Shown: positions 47,686-57,055, counted from the stretch's first letter. The stretch: DNA of 64,000 bases from Myxococcota bacterium (GCA_965228475.1 OZ245817.1:832001-896000), one strand, 5' to 3'. Translations and numbers: made by a program. The notes: generated by a model from the sequence alone, not told the origin.

Positions 47686-48731
47686 GCGGATCGCCCCAGC
47701 ACGCGCGCGAGCGCGTCGAAGACGGCGTCCGCCGAGACGACGTCCGCGCAGCTCGGCGAGAAGTCGCAGGCGCGCTTGTAGCAGGGGTGGCACGCGATCT
47801 CGGGGACGATGCGCTCGCCGCGTCCGTAGAGCTCGATCTCCTGCGGGCAGGTCGAGCCGAAGATCGCCACCACCGGCACTTTGCGCGCGAGGGCCACGTG
47901 CATGCCGAGCGTGTCGCCGCCGACGACGGCCCCGCAGCGTTCGACGAGCGCGGCGAACTCGAGCACGGACTCCGACGCGCCGACGTCCACCGCGCGCGGC
48001 GCGAGCTTCGCGACGGCCTCGACCCGCGGCCGGTCCGCCGGCCCGCCGAGCAGCACCGCCGGCCGCCCGAGCTCCCCCTCCACCCGCTTGGCGATCTCGG
48101 CGAACCCCTCGACCCGCCAGTCCTTGTGGGCGAACGCCTCCCCGGCGCCGACGTTCAGTCCGACCGGAGGCAGGGGTCCCTCGAGACCGCAGCGCGCGAA
48201 GCGATCCGCGGCGCGGGCTCTCGCGAGGGCGGGAACCTCCAGCCGGTAGGGTTCCCCGGCAAAGCGAAGCCCGGCCGCCTCGAAGGTGATGTCCTGGTAG
48301 GTCCGGGTGTTCCCGCGGAACTTCAACTCGTCGTCGATGCCGAGCCGGACGGCGTACTCCGCATCCGCGTCGGCCGGTTCGAGCGCGCCGTCCTTGCCGA
48401 GCAGGAAGCCCTTCTTCTTCGCTGCATCGAGCTGCGCAGCGAGGCCCGTCGCCGCCGGCTCCTTGTCGAGACACAGCACGAGGTCGAAGCGCTCGGCGGG
48501 AAGCGTCGAGAGGGCGTCGACGTCGAGCGCCATCAGACGGTCGATCTCCTCGAGACCCGAGAGCATCTCGACGGACTCGGGGCGCGTGAGCCAGGTGATC
48601 TCGGCGCCGGGGTGGGCCGCGCGCAGCGCCGGCAGCAGCGTCGTCGTGCGCAGGACGTCCCCCCGCGCGGCGAGCTTGATCACCAGCAGGCGGAAGCGGG
48701 ACGGGTCGCGATCCTCGGGGACGGGCGCCAT
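47682..48731 (-). CDS. Glycosyltransferase family 9 (heptosyltransferase-like)
   Basis: GDVL, K.W, DTLGMHVA.A, AIFGST, CHPC. Confidence 0.88.
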   Translation of the reverse strand: MAPVPEDRDPSRFRLLVIKLAARGDVLRTTTLLPALRAAHPGAEITWLTRPESVEMLSGLEEIDRLMALDVDALSTLPAERFDLVLCLDKEPAATGLAAQLDAAKKKGFLLGKDGALEPADADAEYAVRLGIDDELKFRGNTRTYQDITFEAAGLRFAGEPYRLEVPALARARAADRFARCGLEGPLPPVGLNVGAGEAFAHKDWRVEGFAEIAKRVEGELGRPAVLLGGPADRPRVEAVAKLAPRAVDVGASESVLEFAALVERCGAVVGGDTLGMHVALARKVPVVAIFGSTCPQEIELYGRGERIVPEIACHPCYKRACDFSPSCADVVSADAVFDALARVLGRSA

Positions 48732-48786
48732 GGCCCGGCGATTCTACCGCGCGGGGCTCTTTCGGGCTGACGTATACTCCGCGGCG

Positions 48787-49815
48787 ATGGCACGCGGCGC
48801 GGTCGAGGTGACGGAGGAAGCGGGGGAAGCCGCCGAGCGCGCGGTCGATGCGCTGCTTCCCCGCGAGCCCCACCTCGAGTACGCGAACTTCCGGCCCATC
48901 GCCGAGCGGCCCGGGGCCGCCCTCGCGCTCCATCGGTCCCGCTGGCTCGCGGAAGGTGCCGTCGCGTTGCTGGTCGCGCGCGAGGCCGGCGAGCCCATCG
49001 GGGCGTTGCGCCTCGCTGAGCGCGGCTTCGAGTCCGACCACTTCGGCCTGCGCATGGCCGGCATCGGCCTGCCGCTGGCGGTCGCGGAAGCCGAGCCCCG
49101 GCTCGCGGCGCTGCGCGCCCTCTACGCCGCGGCCGCGGATCGCCTGCGCGCGGCCGGCTTCCAGCACCTGGCGGCGCGCGCCTCGACGCGCGACCGCGAA
49201 GGCGCCTGGGCGGCACAGGAAGCCGGCGCGCAGTGGGTCGACACCCAGGTCTCCTGGATGTGCCCCCTCACGGGCCAGCCCCACGACGAAGCGCTCCCCG
49301 GCGCGCTCCGCATCGAGTGTCACGACCGCCGCTCCGTGCAGGGCCTCGCGAAGGACTCCTGGCAGCGCCTCGCGGCCTGGGGCGCCGAAGCCTTCGACCG
49401 CGGCCCCCTCGTCTTCGACCTCACCCTGCCCGAAGCCCGCGCGAAGGAGATCTATCGCGAGTGGACCGAGCGCGTGATGCTCGGCGACTGGGCCGACGCC
49501 GTGGTCGTGGCCCTCGATGGCGACGAGGTCGTGGCCTTCATCTCGATGCTCGAGATGCCCGAGGTCTCGCGCGAGGCCGGCGCCAAGGTGTGCGGGCGCG
49601 GGCTCGGCGCGACGCTGCCCGACTACCGGGGCCTGTTCACCGCCATCCAGCGCGAGATGATCACGCGCCAGCCTGCCGGTGCGGCGTGGATGGAGAACGA
49701 GACCCAGGCCGCGACCATCGGCAGCATCAACGTCTACGCGAAGCTCGGCTTCCGCTACCTGCGCTCGACCGGAACCTTCCATCTGCGGCTCGACGGAGCG
49801 GCGCCGTGCGCTTGA
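48787..49815 (+). CDS. GNAT-fold protein (WecD-like)
   Basis: FESDHFG and C-terminal YRG..TQ.....IN.Y.KLGF pattern. Confidence 0.6.
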   Translation: MARGAVEVTEEAGEAAERAVDALLPREPHLEYANFRPIAERPGAALALHRSRWLAEGAVALLVAREAGEPIGALRLAERGFESDHFGLRMAGIGLPLAVAEAEPRLAALRALYAAAADRLRAAGFQHLAARASTRDREGAWAAQEAGAQWVDTQVSWMCPLTGQPHDEALPGALRIECHDRRSVQGLAKDSWQRLAAWGAEAFDRGPLVFDLTLPEARAKEIYREWTERVMLGDWADAVVVALDGDEVVAFISMLEMPEVSREAGAKVCGRGLGATLPDYRGLFTAIQREMITRQPAGAAWMENETQAATIGSINVYAKLGFRYLRSTGTFHLRLDGAAPCA

Positions 49816-49858
49816 GGAGGGTTGCGTCGTGCGCGTGAGGAGGGTTCCGTCGTGCGCG
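49813..49858. repeat. 23-bp tandem duplication containing RBS and start codon
   Basis: TGAGGAGGGTTGCGTCGTGCGCG followed by TGAGGAGGGTTCCGTCGTGCGCG (1 mismatch). Confidence 0.9.
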
Positions 49859-51093
49859 TGACCTTCGTCGGCCATGCCTGCCACCTCGTCGAGAGCGACG
49901 GCGTCCGCGTGCTGACGGACCCGTGGCTCGTCGATCCGATCTTCGGCGGGTACGTCGAGCACGATCCGCCGCTCGGGTTCGGCATTGCGGACCTGCCCGA
50001 GATCCACGTGCTCGCGATCACCCACGGCCATCTCGACCACTTCAACGCGCCGACGCTCTCGCGCTGGCCGGACAAGGACGTTGCCGTCGTCGTTCCGGCG
50101 ACACGCTTCACCGGGCTCGAGCCGAACCTGCGCCGGCTCGGGTTCGAGAATCTCCACCCGCTCGAGGACTGGCAGGCCTACGAGCATGGCGCCGTCCGCG
50201 TGGTGGCGACGCCTTCGCGCGGCGTCGTCGACGAGTGTGCCTTCGTGGTGGTCGGGAGCGAGGGCGCCTTCTTCGACGGCGCCGACGCCCCGCAGCCGCC
50301 GGACCTGATGGAGGAGATCCGCGAGCGGCTCGGGCCCGTCCTGATCGGCGCGTTCAGCCACAACTCCTTCGACCAGCCGGCGCTGCTCGGTCTCGAATCC
50401 CACAAGGAGGCGGACCACGCGCCGAAGGCGGGTGCCCAGGCGGCGCTCCACATCGGCGCCGCCCATGCCTACGCGGGCGCTTCGAACCTGCGCTGGACGG
50501 GGCCGCGCGGCCCCGAGATCACGCGCAAGGTGATCCGGCGCCGCCCCGAGCATTTCGCGCGCGAGCTCGCGGCCGCCGCGCCGGAGCTTCCCTACCTGGG
50601 CCTCGAGCCCGGGGATGCGTGGTCGCGCGAGGGCGGCGTCGAGCGGCAGGTCCTGCGCGGGACCCCGGAGCCGCACGTCGAGACCGACTACCTCCCGGCG
50701 TTCCTGCCCGCCGGCGACGGGTCGGACCGCCTCTGCCCGCCGGGCCGTCCCGGGGTCGAAGACACCTTCCTGCGCGACTTCCCCGCGCTGCTGCGTCGCG
50801 AAACCGAGGCGGCCGCGTATCTGGGCCAGCCCGTCTCGTTCCACATCGAGGGCGAGGGCGGCGGCATCTTCAAGGTCGACTTCTCGCGGCCGGAGGAACC
50901 GCCCGTCGTGGGCGACGACGGCGCGCCCTTCGCCGTCTCCGTTCCCGCCGAGGATTGGAAGGATCTCTTCGAACGTCGCATCTCCTGGCAGGTGCTACTC
51001 GTCTCCGACCGGATCGCGGTCCGGCGGTTCGCCGCCGGGGCGCCCCCGGATGGCCTGCACTTCGTCTACGCGCTCCAGGCCGTCTTCCCCTGA
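49852..51093 (+). CDS. MBL-fold metallo-hydrolase (UlaG-like) with SCP2-like C-terminus
   Basis: TF.GHA, L.DPW, THGHLDH; SCP2 assignment is inference. Confidence 0.78.
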   Translation: MRVTFVGHACHLVESDGVRVLTDPWLVDPIFGGYVEHDPPLGFGIADLPEIHVLAITHGHLDHFNAPTLSRWPDKDVAVVVPATRFTGLEPNLRRLGFENLHPLEDWQAYEHGAVRVVATPSRGVVDECAFVVVGSEGAFFDGADAPQPPDLMEEIRERLGPVLIGAFSHNSFDQPALLGLESHKEADHAPKAGAQAALHIGAAHAYAGASNLRWTGPRGPEITRKVIRRRPEHFARELAAAAPELPYLGLEPGDAWSREGGVERQVLRGTPEPHVETDYLPAFLPAGDGSDRLCPPGRPGVEDTFLRDFPALLRRETEAAAYLGQPVSFHIEGEGGGIFKVDFSRPEEPPVVGDDGAPFAVSVPAEDWKDLFERRISWQVLLVSDRIAVRRFAAGAPPDGLHFVYALQAVFP

Positions 51094-51126
51094 ACCGTGG
51101 ATGCGGATTCCACGAACGAGGAACCC

Positions 51127-51897
51127 ATGAAGAAGCTCTTCTCCCTGGACGGCAAGGTCGCCGTCGTGACCGGCGGCACCCGCGGCATCGGCCTGATGAT
51201 GGCGCGCGGCCTGGTGAGCCACGGCGCCAAGGTCTACGTGGCCTCGCGCAAGGCCGAGGCCTGCGAAGCCGCCGCGAAGGAACTCTCCCAGGACGGAACG
51301 GCCATCGGCATTCCGGCGAGCCTCGGGACGGACGAAGGCTGCCGTGCGCTCGCCGCCGAGATCGCGGAGCGCGAGCCCGCCGTCCACATCCTGGTGAACA
51401 ATGCCGGGGCCAACTGGGGCGCGCCGATGGCCGAGTACCCGGACGAAGCCTGGGACAAGGTTCTCGCGCTGAACGTGAAGGGCGTCTTCCACCTGACCCG
51501 CGCCCTGCGCCCGCAGCTCGAGGCTGCCGCGACGGCGGAGGACCCGGCCCGGGTGATCAACGTCGGCTCGATCGACGGCATCCAGGTTCCGGCGATGGAG
51601 ACCTGGGCGTACTCCTCGAGCAAGGCGGCCGTGCACCACCTGACGAAGACCCTCGGCAAGCACCTCGCGGCGAGCCACATCACGGTCAACGCCGTGGCGC
51701 CGGGGCCCTTCGAGAGCAAGATGATGGCGGCGACGCTCGACAACTTCGGCGACGCGATCGTGGCGAGCTGCCCGATGGGCCGCATCGGCACGCCCGAGGA
51801 CATGGCCGGCGTCGCGGTCTACCTCGCTTCGCGCGCCGGCGCCTACGTCACGGGCGCGGTGATCCCCGTCGACGGCGGCATCGCGACGCTCCGCTAG
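51127..51897 (+). CDS. SDR oxidoreductase (RhlG-like)
   Basis: TGGTRGIG, NNAGANWG, YSSSK, APGPF.SKM. Confidence 0.9.
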   Translation: MKKLFSLDGKVAVVTGGTRGIGLMMARGLVSHGAKVYVASRKAEACEAAAKELSQDGTAIGIPASLGTDEGCRALAAEIAEREPAVHILVNNAGANWGAPMAEYPDEAWDKVLALNVKGVFHLTRALRPQLEAAATAEDPARVINVGSIDGIQVPAMETWAYSSSKAAVHHLTKTLGKHLAASHITVNAVAPGPFESKMMAATLDNFGDAIVASCPMGRIGTPEDMAGVAVYLASRAGAYVTGAVIPVDGGIATLR

Positions 51898-51905
51898 CCC
51901 GCCGC

Positions 51906-52655
51906 TCAGTCGAACAGCGGCCAGAGGACGAGCCGCAGGGCGATCAGCGTGAGGACGCTCTTGTAAAGCTGCTTGAAGGTCTCCTCGGGGACGCGGTCGA
52001 GCATGCGGCTGCCGAACCAGGTGCCGGCCACGACCGCGAGGCAGAGCAAGGCGAGCGGGAACGCCCACTCGAGGTAGGCGAAGCCGGCGATCCCGAACAC
52101 CACGAGCTTCGCGAGGTGGCCGAGGAGCTGGCAGGCCGCCTTGGTTCCGACGAGCGCCTGGCGGGTGAGGCCGAGGTTCAGGAAGAAGGGCGCGATCAGC
52201 GGGCCCGTCGCGCCGAGCGTCACGTTGAGGAACCCGACCACGCCGCCGAGCAGGAAGAAGCGGCGGTTCTTGTCGATGCGGTCCGGGTGGCTTCCGAGCA
52301 GCAGGAGACCGGGGGCCCAGGTCGCGAACAGGACGAACACGCCGATCAGCACGCGCGTGGCGTCCGGTGGGAGCTGGCGCGCGAGCCACAGCCCGGCGAA
52401 GCCCATGGGCAGCAGCAGGAGCCCGTACCGCAGGGCGATCTCGTGGTCGATGTGCTTGCGCTGCACGATCGCGCGCGATCCGTTCGAGACGATCTGCACG
52501 ACACCGTGGAGCGGGATCGCGACCAGCGGCTCCAGGTAGAAGAGCATGATCGTGAGCAGCGTGATGCCGCCGGCCATGCCGAGGATGGCCGAGAGGATCG
52601 ACGTCGCGAAGGCCGCTGCGACGAGGATCCCGAGGTCGAGGGCCTCGAAGCTCAG
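51906..52655 (-). CDS. Sulfite exporter TauE/SafE family protein (probable CTG start; first ATG at 52577)
   Basis: S.LS...GMAGG, HG..Q..SN.SR, GATGP, TKA..Q. Confidence 0.8.
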   Translation of the reverse strand: MSFEALDLGILVAAAFATSILSAILGMAGGITLLTIMLFYLEPLVAIPLHGVVQIVSNGSRAIVQRKHIDHEIALRYGLLLLPMGFAGLWLARQLPPDATRVLIGVFVLFATWAPGLLLLGSHPDRIDKNRRFFLLGGVVGFLNVTLGATGPLIAPFFLNLGLTRQALVGTKAACQLLGHLAKLVVFGIAGFAYLEWAFPLALLCLAVVAGTWFGSRMLDRVPEETFKQLYKSVLTLIALRLVLWPLFD

Positions 52656-52667
52656 CGCGTCGCCTCG

Positions 52668-54920
52668 CTAGCTCTCATGCAGCTTCAACGCCTTGCGGTT
52701 CGCGATCCACTCGAGCAGCTCGTGGACCGCGGGGACGTCCGGCAGCCGGTGGCTCGCGGCCGTCAGGTCCTGGGCCGAGCCGACGCGGAAGGTGATGGCG
52801 AGCCCCTCGAGCAGGCGGAAGGCGTCCTCGTCCGTGTGGTCGTCGCCGACGTAGACCACGCGCACGCGCTCGCTCCAGGCCGGCCCGTAGCGGGAGCGCA
52901 GGATGTGCAGCACCGCACGCCCCTTGTCCCAGCCGATCGGCGGGCGGGCCTCGACCGCCATCTTGGCGTCGCGGGCCTGGAAGCCGAAGTCGTTGATCAG
53001 GCGGCGCGCTTCCTCGATCGCGCGTTCGTGATCCTCGGCCCGGGCCTGGCGGAAGTGGAAGGTCGCCGTATGGCCCTTCTCTTCGACCCAGGCGCCCTGG
53101 GGCGCGGCCTCGGCCAGGGCCTGCACGAGCTCCGGGAGCCGGCTCTGGTAGTGGGGGAGGTCTTCGTGGAGGAACGCGTCGATCTCCGGGCCCTCGATCT
53201 CGAGGCCGTGGTTCGCGGCGTAGGTCACGTCGCTCCGCCCGATCAGCTTGCGCACGTCGTCGAGCCCGCGGCCGGAGACGAAGGAGACGTCCGTGTCCTC
53301 CCGCGTGGCGCAGGCGTCGATGCCGTCGCGCGCCCGGTCGGAGAGCAGGGCGTCCGAGGGGTGGTCGACGATCGGGGTCAGCGTTCCGTCGTAGTCGAGG
53401 AAGAGGGCGAGCCGGTAGCGCGCCAGGTAGTGGCCGAGCCAGGCCTCGAAGTCGCTGCCGAGCGGCGTCGGCAGGGCTTCGCGCTCGCTCTCCGCGCTCT
53501 CGAGGAAGCCGCTCACCCAGTAGCCGACGTCGTAGCGGCGCTCGCGCCGGCGGAGCGACGCCATCCGTGAGGCCCGCTCGTCCTCCTGCATCGTGAGCGC
53601 GCGGTGGATCGTCTCGGCGGTCTCGTCGAGGCTGTAGGGGTTCACGGCCAGGGCCTCGCGCATGGTCTCGCTCGCCCCGGCGAGGTTCGAGATGACCAGC
53701 ACGCCCGGGTCGGACACCTGGCAGGCCGCGTACTCCTTCGCCACGAGGTTCATGCCGTCGCGCAGGGGCGTCACGAGGGCGACGTCGGCGTCGCGATAGA
53801 GCGCGACGAGCCGCTCCTTCGGGATCGAGCGGTAGAGGTACCGGATGGGCGACCAGGTCGAGGTCGCGAAGCGGCCGTTGATGCGTCCGACGAGCTCGTC
53901 GATCTCGCGCTTGAGGGAGCGGTACTCGCTCACCTGGGCCCGGCTCGGAACCGCGACCTGCAGCAGCACGACCTTCTCGCGGTGTTTCGGGTAGAGCTCG
54001 AGCAGCCGCTCGAAGGCCCGGAAGCGCTCCGGAATCCCCTTGGTGTAGTCGAGGCGGTCCACGCCGAGCACGATGCGCTGCGCCTCGGCCTCCTCGGGCC
54101 GGGCGGCGGCGCGGGCCTCGCGCTCGAAGTCGTCGAAGTCGATGCCGATCGGGAAGACGCCGACCTGGACCGTGCGATCCCCCCAGCCGATGCGCAGGGT
54201 GCGGCGGTCGACCCGGGCGCCGAGCTGGCGCTCGACGCAGTCGAGGAAGTTCTGGGCGTAGCCGTTCACGTGGAAGCCGATCAGGTCCGCCGAGAGCAGG
54301 CCGCGCAGGATCTCGCGGTCCCAGGGCAGGAGGCGGAAGACGTCGTAGGGCGGGAAGGGGATGTGGAGGAAGAAGCCGATGCGCGCGTTCTCCCGCGCGC
54401 GGCGCAGGAAACTCGGGACGAGCATCAGGTGGTAGTCGTGGATCCAGACGAGGTCCCGGTCTTCACCGTGCGCGCCGGCGACCGCGGCGAAGCGTTCGTT
54501 CACGCGCCGGTAGGTGTCCCAGTCGCGCCGGTCGAAGGCCGCGCGCTCGTGCAGGGAGTGGAAGAGCGGCCAGAGCGTCCGGTTCGAGAAGCCGTGGTAG
54601 TAGCGGTTGACCTCGGTCTCGCTGAGCGGAATCGGCGCGACCTCGTACGCCTCCTCCCCGCTCTCCCCGAGCGGTGAGAAGTCTTCGCCCTTGCGCAGCG
54701 CGATGCCGGGCCAGCCGACCCAGGTGCCGCCGCGTTCCCGCAGCACGGGCCCGAGGGCGCTCACGAGGCCGCCCGAGGAGGGCCTCTTCTCGAGGCCCGC
54801 GGCGCTGCGCTGCACGGTGAAGGGGAGCCGATTGCTGGCGATCAGGATCCGCCGCTCGCTGGGCGAGCTTCCGGCGGTGTGGGGTAGGGGTTCGCTGCGC
54901 GGGTCGCGGGAGTCGGGCAC
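52668..54920 (-). CDS. otsAB: Bifunctional trehalose-6-phosphate synthase/phosphatase
   Basis: SNRLP, WIHDYHL, FFLHIPFP, VDRLDYTKG, DGMNLVAKE, then HAD motifs DYDGTL and GDD.TDEDAF. Confidence 0.95.
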   Translation of the reverse strand: MPDSRDPRSEPLPHTAGSSPSERRILIASNRLPFTVQRSAAGLEKRPSSGGLVSALGPVLRERGGTWVGWPGIALRKGEDFSPLGESGEEAYEVAPIPLSETEVNRYYHGFSNRTLWPLFHSLHERAAFDRRDWDTYRRVNERFAAVAGAHGEDRDLVWIHDYHLMLVPSFLRRARENARIGFFLHIPFPPYDVFRLLPWDREILRGLLSADLIGFHVNGYAQNFLDCVERQLGARVDRRTLRIGWGDRTVQVGVFPIGIDFDDFEREARAAARPEEAEAQRIVLGVDRLDYTKGIPERFRAFERLLELYPKHREKVVLLQVAVPSRAQVSEYRSLKREIDELVGRINGRFATSTWSPIRYLYRSIPKERLVALYRDADVALVTPLRDGMNLVAKEYAACQVSDPGVLVISNLAGASETMREALAVNPYSLDETAETIHRALTMQEDERASRMASLRRRERRYDVGYWVSGFLESAESEREALPTPLGSDFEAWLGHYLARYRLALFLDYDGTLTPIVDHPSDALLSDRARDGIDACATREDTDVSFVSGRGLDDVRKLIGRSDVTYAANHGLEIEGPEIDAFLHEDLPHYQSRLPELVQALAEAAPQGAWVEEKGHTATFHFRQARAEDHERAIEEARRLINDFGFQARDAKMAVEARPPIGWDKGRAVLHILRSRYGPAWSERVRVVYVGDDHTDEDAFRLLEGLAITFRVGSAQDLTAASHRLPDVPAVHELLEWIANRKALKLHES

Positions 54921-54977
54921 GGGGCGCGAGCTTAGCGGCCGGGGGCGCGGACCACCCCCGGCCGCCCGCTCGGCGCG

Positions 54978-55625
54978 TTACATCGAAGCGAAGATCTGCT
55001 TCTCCTGTTCGATGCAGGTCTTGAACGAGGGCCGCGCATGGATCGCCTCGACGTAGGCGGCGAGCTTCGGCCAGCGCCCGGCATCGAGGCTCTCGCCGGC
55101 GTGGACGAGCCCCGCGAACTGGGCGCCCACCGCGATGTCGGCGATGCCGAAGCGGCTGACCAGGCTCTCTGCGCCCTCCGCGAGACGGCTCTCGAGGTGG
55201 TCGAAGAGCGGCGGCTGGGTCTCGGCGATGGCCTTGGCCACGACCGCTTCGTCCGGCTCCTGCTTGAAGATGAACTTCTGCACGACGCGCTGGAAGAACA
55301 CCTGGCCGATCGCCTCCGCGAGCTTCGAGTCCGCGAACTCCTCGAGGAAGAGCGCGGTCGCGTACTCCTTCGGGTCGCTCGGGTAGAGCGCCGGTTCGGG
55401 ATGCGTTCGCTCGAGGTAGGCGCAGATCACCGAGGAGTCCGGCACGGCGAAGCCGTCGTCCTCGAGGCACGGGATCTTCCCGAGCGGGCTGATGGCCAGG
55501 TACTCCGGCGCCGGGTTGAACGGCTGCTGCATCTTGAGCTCGTAGGGCACGTTCTTCTCGGCGAGGAAGACGCGCGTCTTGCGGACGAAGGGAGACGGAG
55601 GAACGCCGTGGATCACGAGGGACAT
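54978..55625 (-). CDS. Glutathione S-transferase family protein
   Basis: SPFVRK, SPLGKIP, DSSVI..YLE, ADIA. Confidence 0.92.
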   Translation of the reverse strand: MSLVIHGVPPSPFVRKTRVFLAEKNVPYELKMQQPFNPAPEYLAISPLGKIPCLEDDGFAVPDSSVICAYLERTHPEPALYPSDPKEYATALFLEEFADSKLAEAIGQVFFQRVVQKFIFKQEPDEAVVAKAIAETQPPLFDHLESRLAEGAESLVSRFGIADIAVGAQFAGLVHAGESLDAGRWPKLAAYVEAIHARPSFKTCIEQEKQIFASM

Positions 55626-55635
55626 GGGGACTCCT

Positions 55636-56349
55636 TCATTGGCTGGGGGGTTCGGGCGCTTCGCTCTCGGTGGACGCGAGGCCCAGCCGCCTGCGGTCCA
55701 GATCGAACAGGTCCGGGAGGCGAGCGGCCGCATCGGCGTCGCCTTCCAGTTGGATGCTTCCCTCGGCGAGGGCGTCACGGACGTCGAAGTGGCCGAGCAG
55801 GGCGGACATCAGCGTGGCCGGGCCCAGGCGGAGCTCGGCCTCGACGGGCTCTTCCGCCAGGTTCTCGACGCTCGTACCGTCCTCGCCCCCGCGCACGGTG
55901 ACGGTGATCTCCTCGCCGCATTCACCGGCGATCCGCAGGCGCAGGCCGACCTCGGGCGAGGGTTCCCAGCGCTTGAAGAGGACGAGGGCCATCCGGGCCC
56001 AGGCGGCCTCGATCTGATCGCCGGGCTGCGGGGGCTCCATGAAGCGGGTGCCGAAGCGGCCGAGCTCCTGCATCACGGGCTGGAGGGCCTGGCCGGCCGC
56101 CGTGAGCTCGTAGACGGTGGCCGGCGCCGGAGGCGGGAGCTCCCGCTGGCGGATCACGCCGTGTCCCGAGAGCTCTTCGAGACGCTGGGTCAGCGTGCTG
56201 GTGCTGATGCCCTTCAGGCCCGCCTTCAGGTCGCTGAAACGCTGGGGGCCGAAGGCCAGATTCCGCAGGACGAGCAGCGCCCAGCGCGGGGCCAGGATCT
56301 CCGCCGCGCGGGCGAACGGGCAGAACTGCGGATAGCGGAAGTCGCCCAT
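55636..56349 (-). CDS. HxlR-family winged-helix regulator with SCP2-like C-terminus
   Basis: Y.QFCP...A.E....RW, RFSDL, L..RL..L, YELT..G. Confidence 0.88.
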   Translation of the reverse strand: MGDFRYPQFCPFARAAEILAPRWALLVLRNLAFGPQRFSDLKAGLKGISTSTLTQRLEELSGHGVIRQRELPPPAPATVYELTAAGQALQPVMQELGRFGTRFMEPPQPGDQIEAAWARMALVLFKRWEPSPEVGLRLRIAGECGEEITVTVRGGEDGTSVENLAEEPVEAELRLGPATLMSALLGHFDVRDALAEGSIQLEGDADAAARLPDLFDLDRRRLGLASTESEAPEPPSQ

Positions 56350-56373
56350 CGATTCCGACCATCGCACTTCGAG

Positions 56374-56411
56374 GTTCGAAAATCAAACTAGAAAGTCTGA
56401 AATATTTCAGA
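56374..56411. promoter_or_regulatory. Two palindromic operator candidates upstream of hxlR-gst
   Basis: GTTCGAAAATCAAAC (56374-56388, imperfect) and perfect 16-bp TCTGAAATATTTCAGA (56396-56411). Confidence 0.55.
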
Positions 56412-56418
56412 AGCGTTT

Positions 56419-57045
56419 TCAGGAGCTTGAACGGCCCCTGGCCATGTGCTCCACCAGGAGGTCCGCCAGCCACTCCCGGAACCGTGGCTCCGCGCCGGGG
56501 CCATCGAGGCCCACGCTGGCCCGGAACACGTCGCCGAGGAGCGCGTCGGCGAAGGCGGAGAGGGCGATCAGGGTCACGAGGTGGGCCGTGTCCTCGGCCT
56601 CGGGCGGGGCGTCCCCGGATTCGGCCGCGTTCGCCTCGCGCCGTGCGTGGGAGACCTCGACGAGGTCGGCGAGGACCCGGGGCCCTCCCGCCTCGAGCCG
56701 GTCCGTCAGGGCCAGCCAGGCCAGGAGCCGAGCCTGCCCTCCCTCCGCCAGGGCCTGCCGCACCCGCTCGAGGATCTCGTCGAGGCTGCTCGCGCCCTCG
56801 GCGATGCGTTCGGTCAGCTCGGCGTTCAGCTCGCGGGCGCTGTGGCCGGCCAGCTCCCGGAGGAGGCCTTCCCGGCTTCCGAAGTGATGGAGGATGGCCG
56901 GGTGGGAGATGCCGAGGTCGGCCGCGATCTCCTGCAGACGGAGCCCGTCGGGTCCCCCTTGCGAGAGCCGCTTCCGGGCGGCCTCGAGGATCCGGCGGCG
57001 GGCCTCCTCGGCCGGGTAGCGTTTGCGCGGGGCGGGTTCGGGCAC
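56419..57045 (-). CDS. TetR/AcrR family regulator
   Basis: RILEAA, IA..LGISHPAILHHFGSREGL helix-turn-helix. Confidence 0.9.
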   Translation of the reverse strand: MPEPAPRKRYPAEEARRRILEAARKRLSQGGPDGLRLQEIAADLGISHPAILHHFGSREGLLRELAGHSARELNAELTERIAEGASSLDEILERVRQALAEGGQARLLAWLALTDRLEAGGPRVLADLVEVSHARREANAAESGDAPPEAEDTAHLVTLIALSAFADALLGDVFRASVGLDGPGAEPRFREWLADLLVEHMARGRSSS

Positions 57046-57055
57046 GGGCTGTTAT

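Noticed and set aside
52655..52670. Pyrrolysine-type readthrough fusing otsAB to tauE
   Set aside because: No pyl genes are visible and both proteins are complete on their own; CTG initiation is simpler
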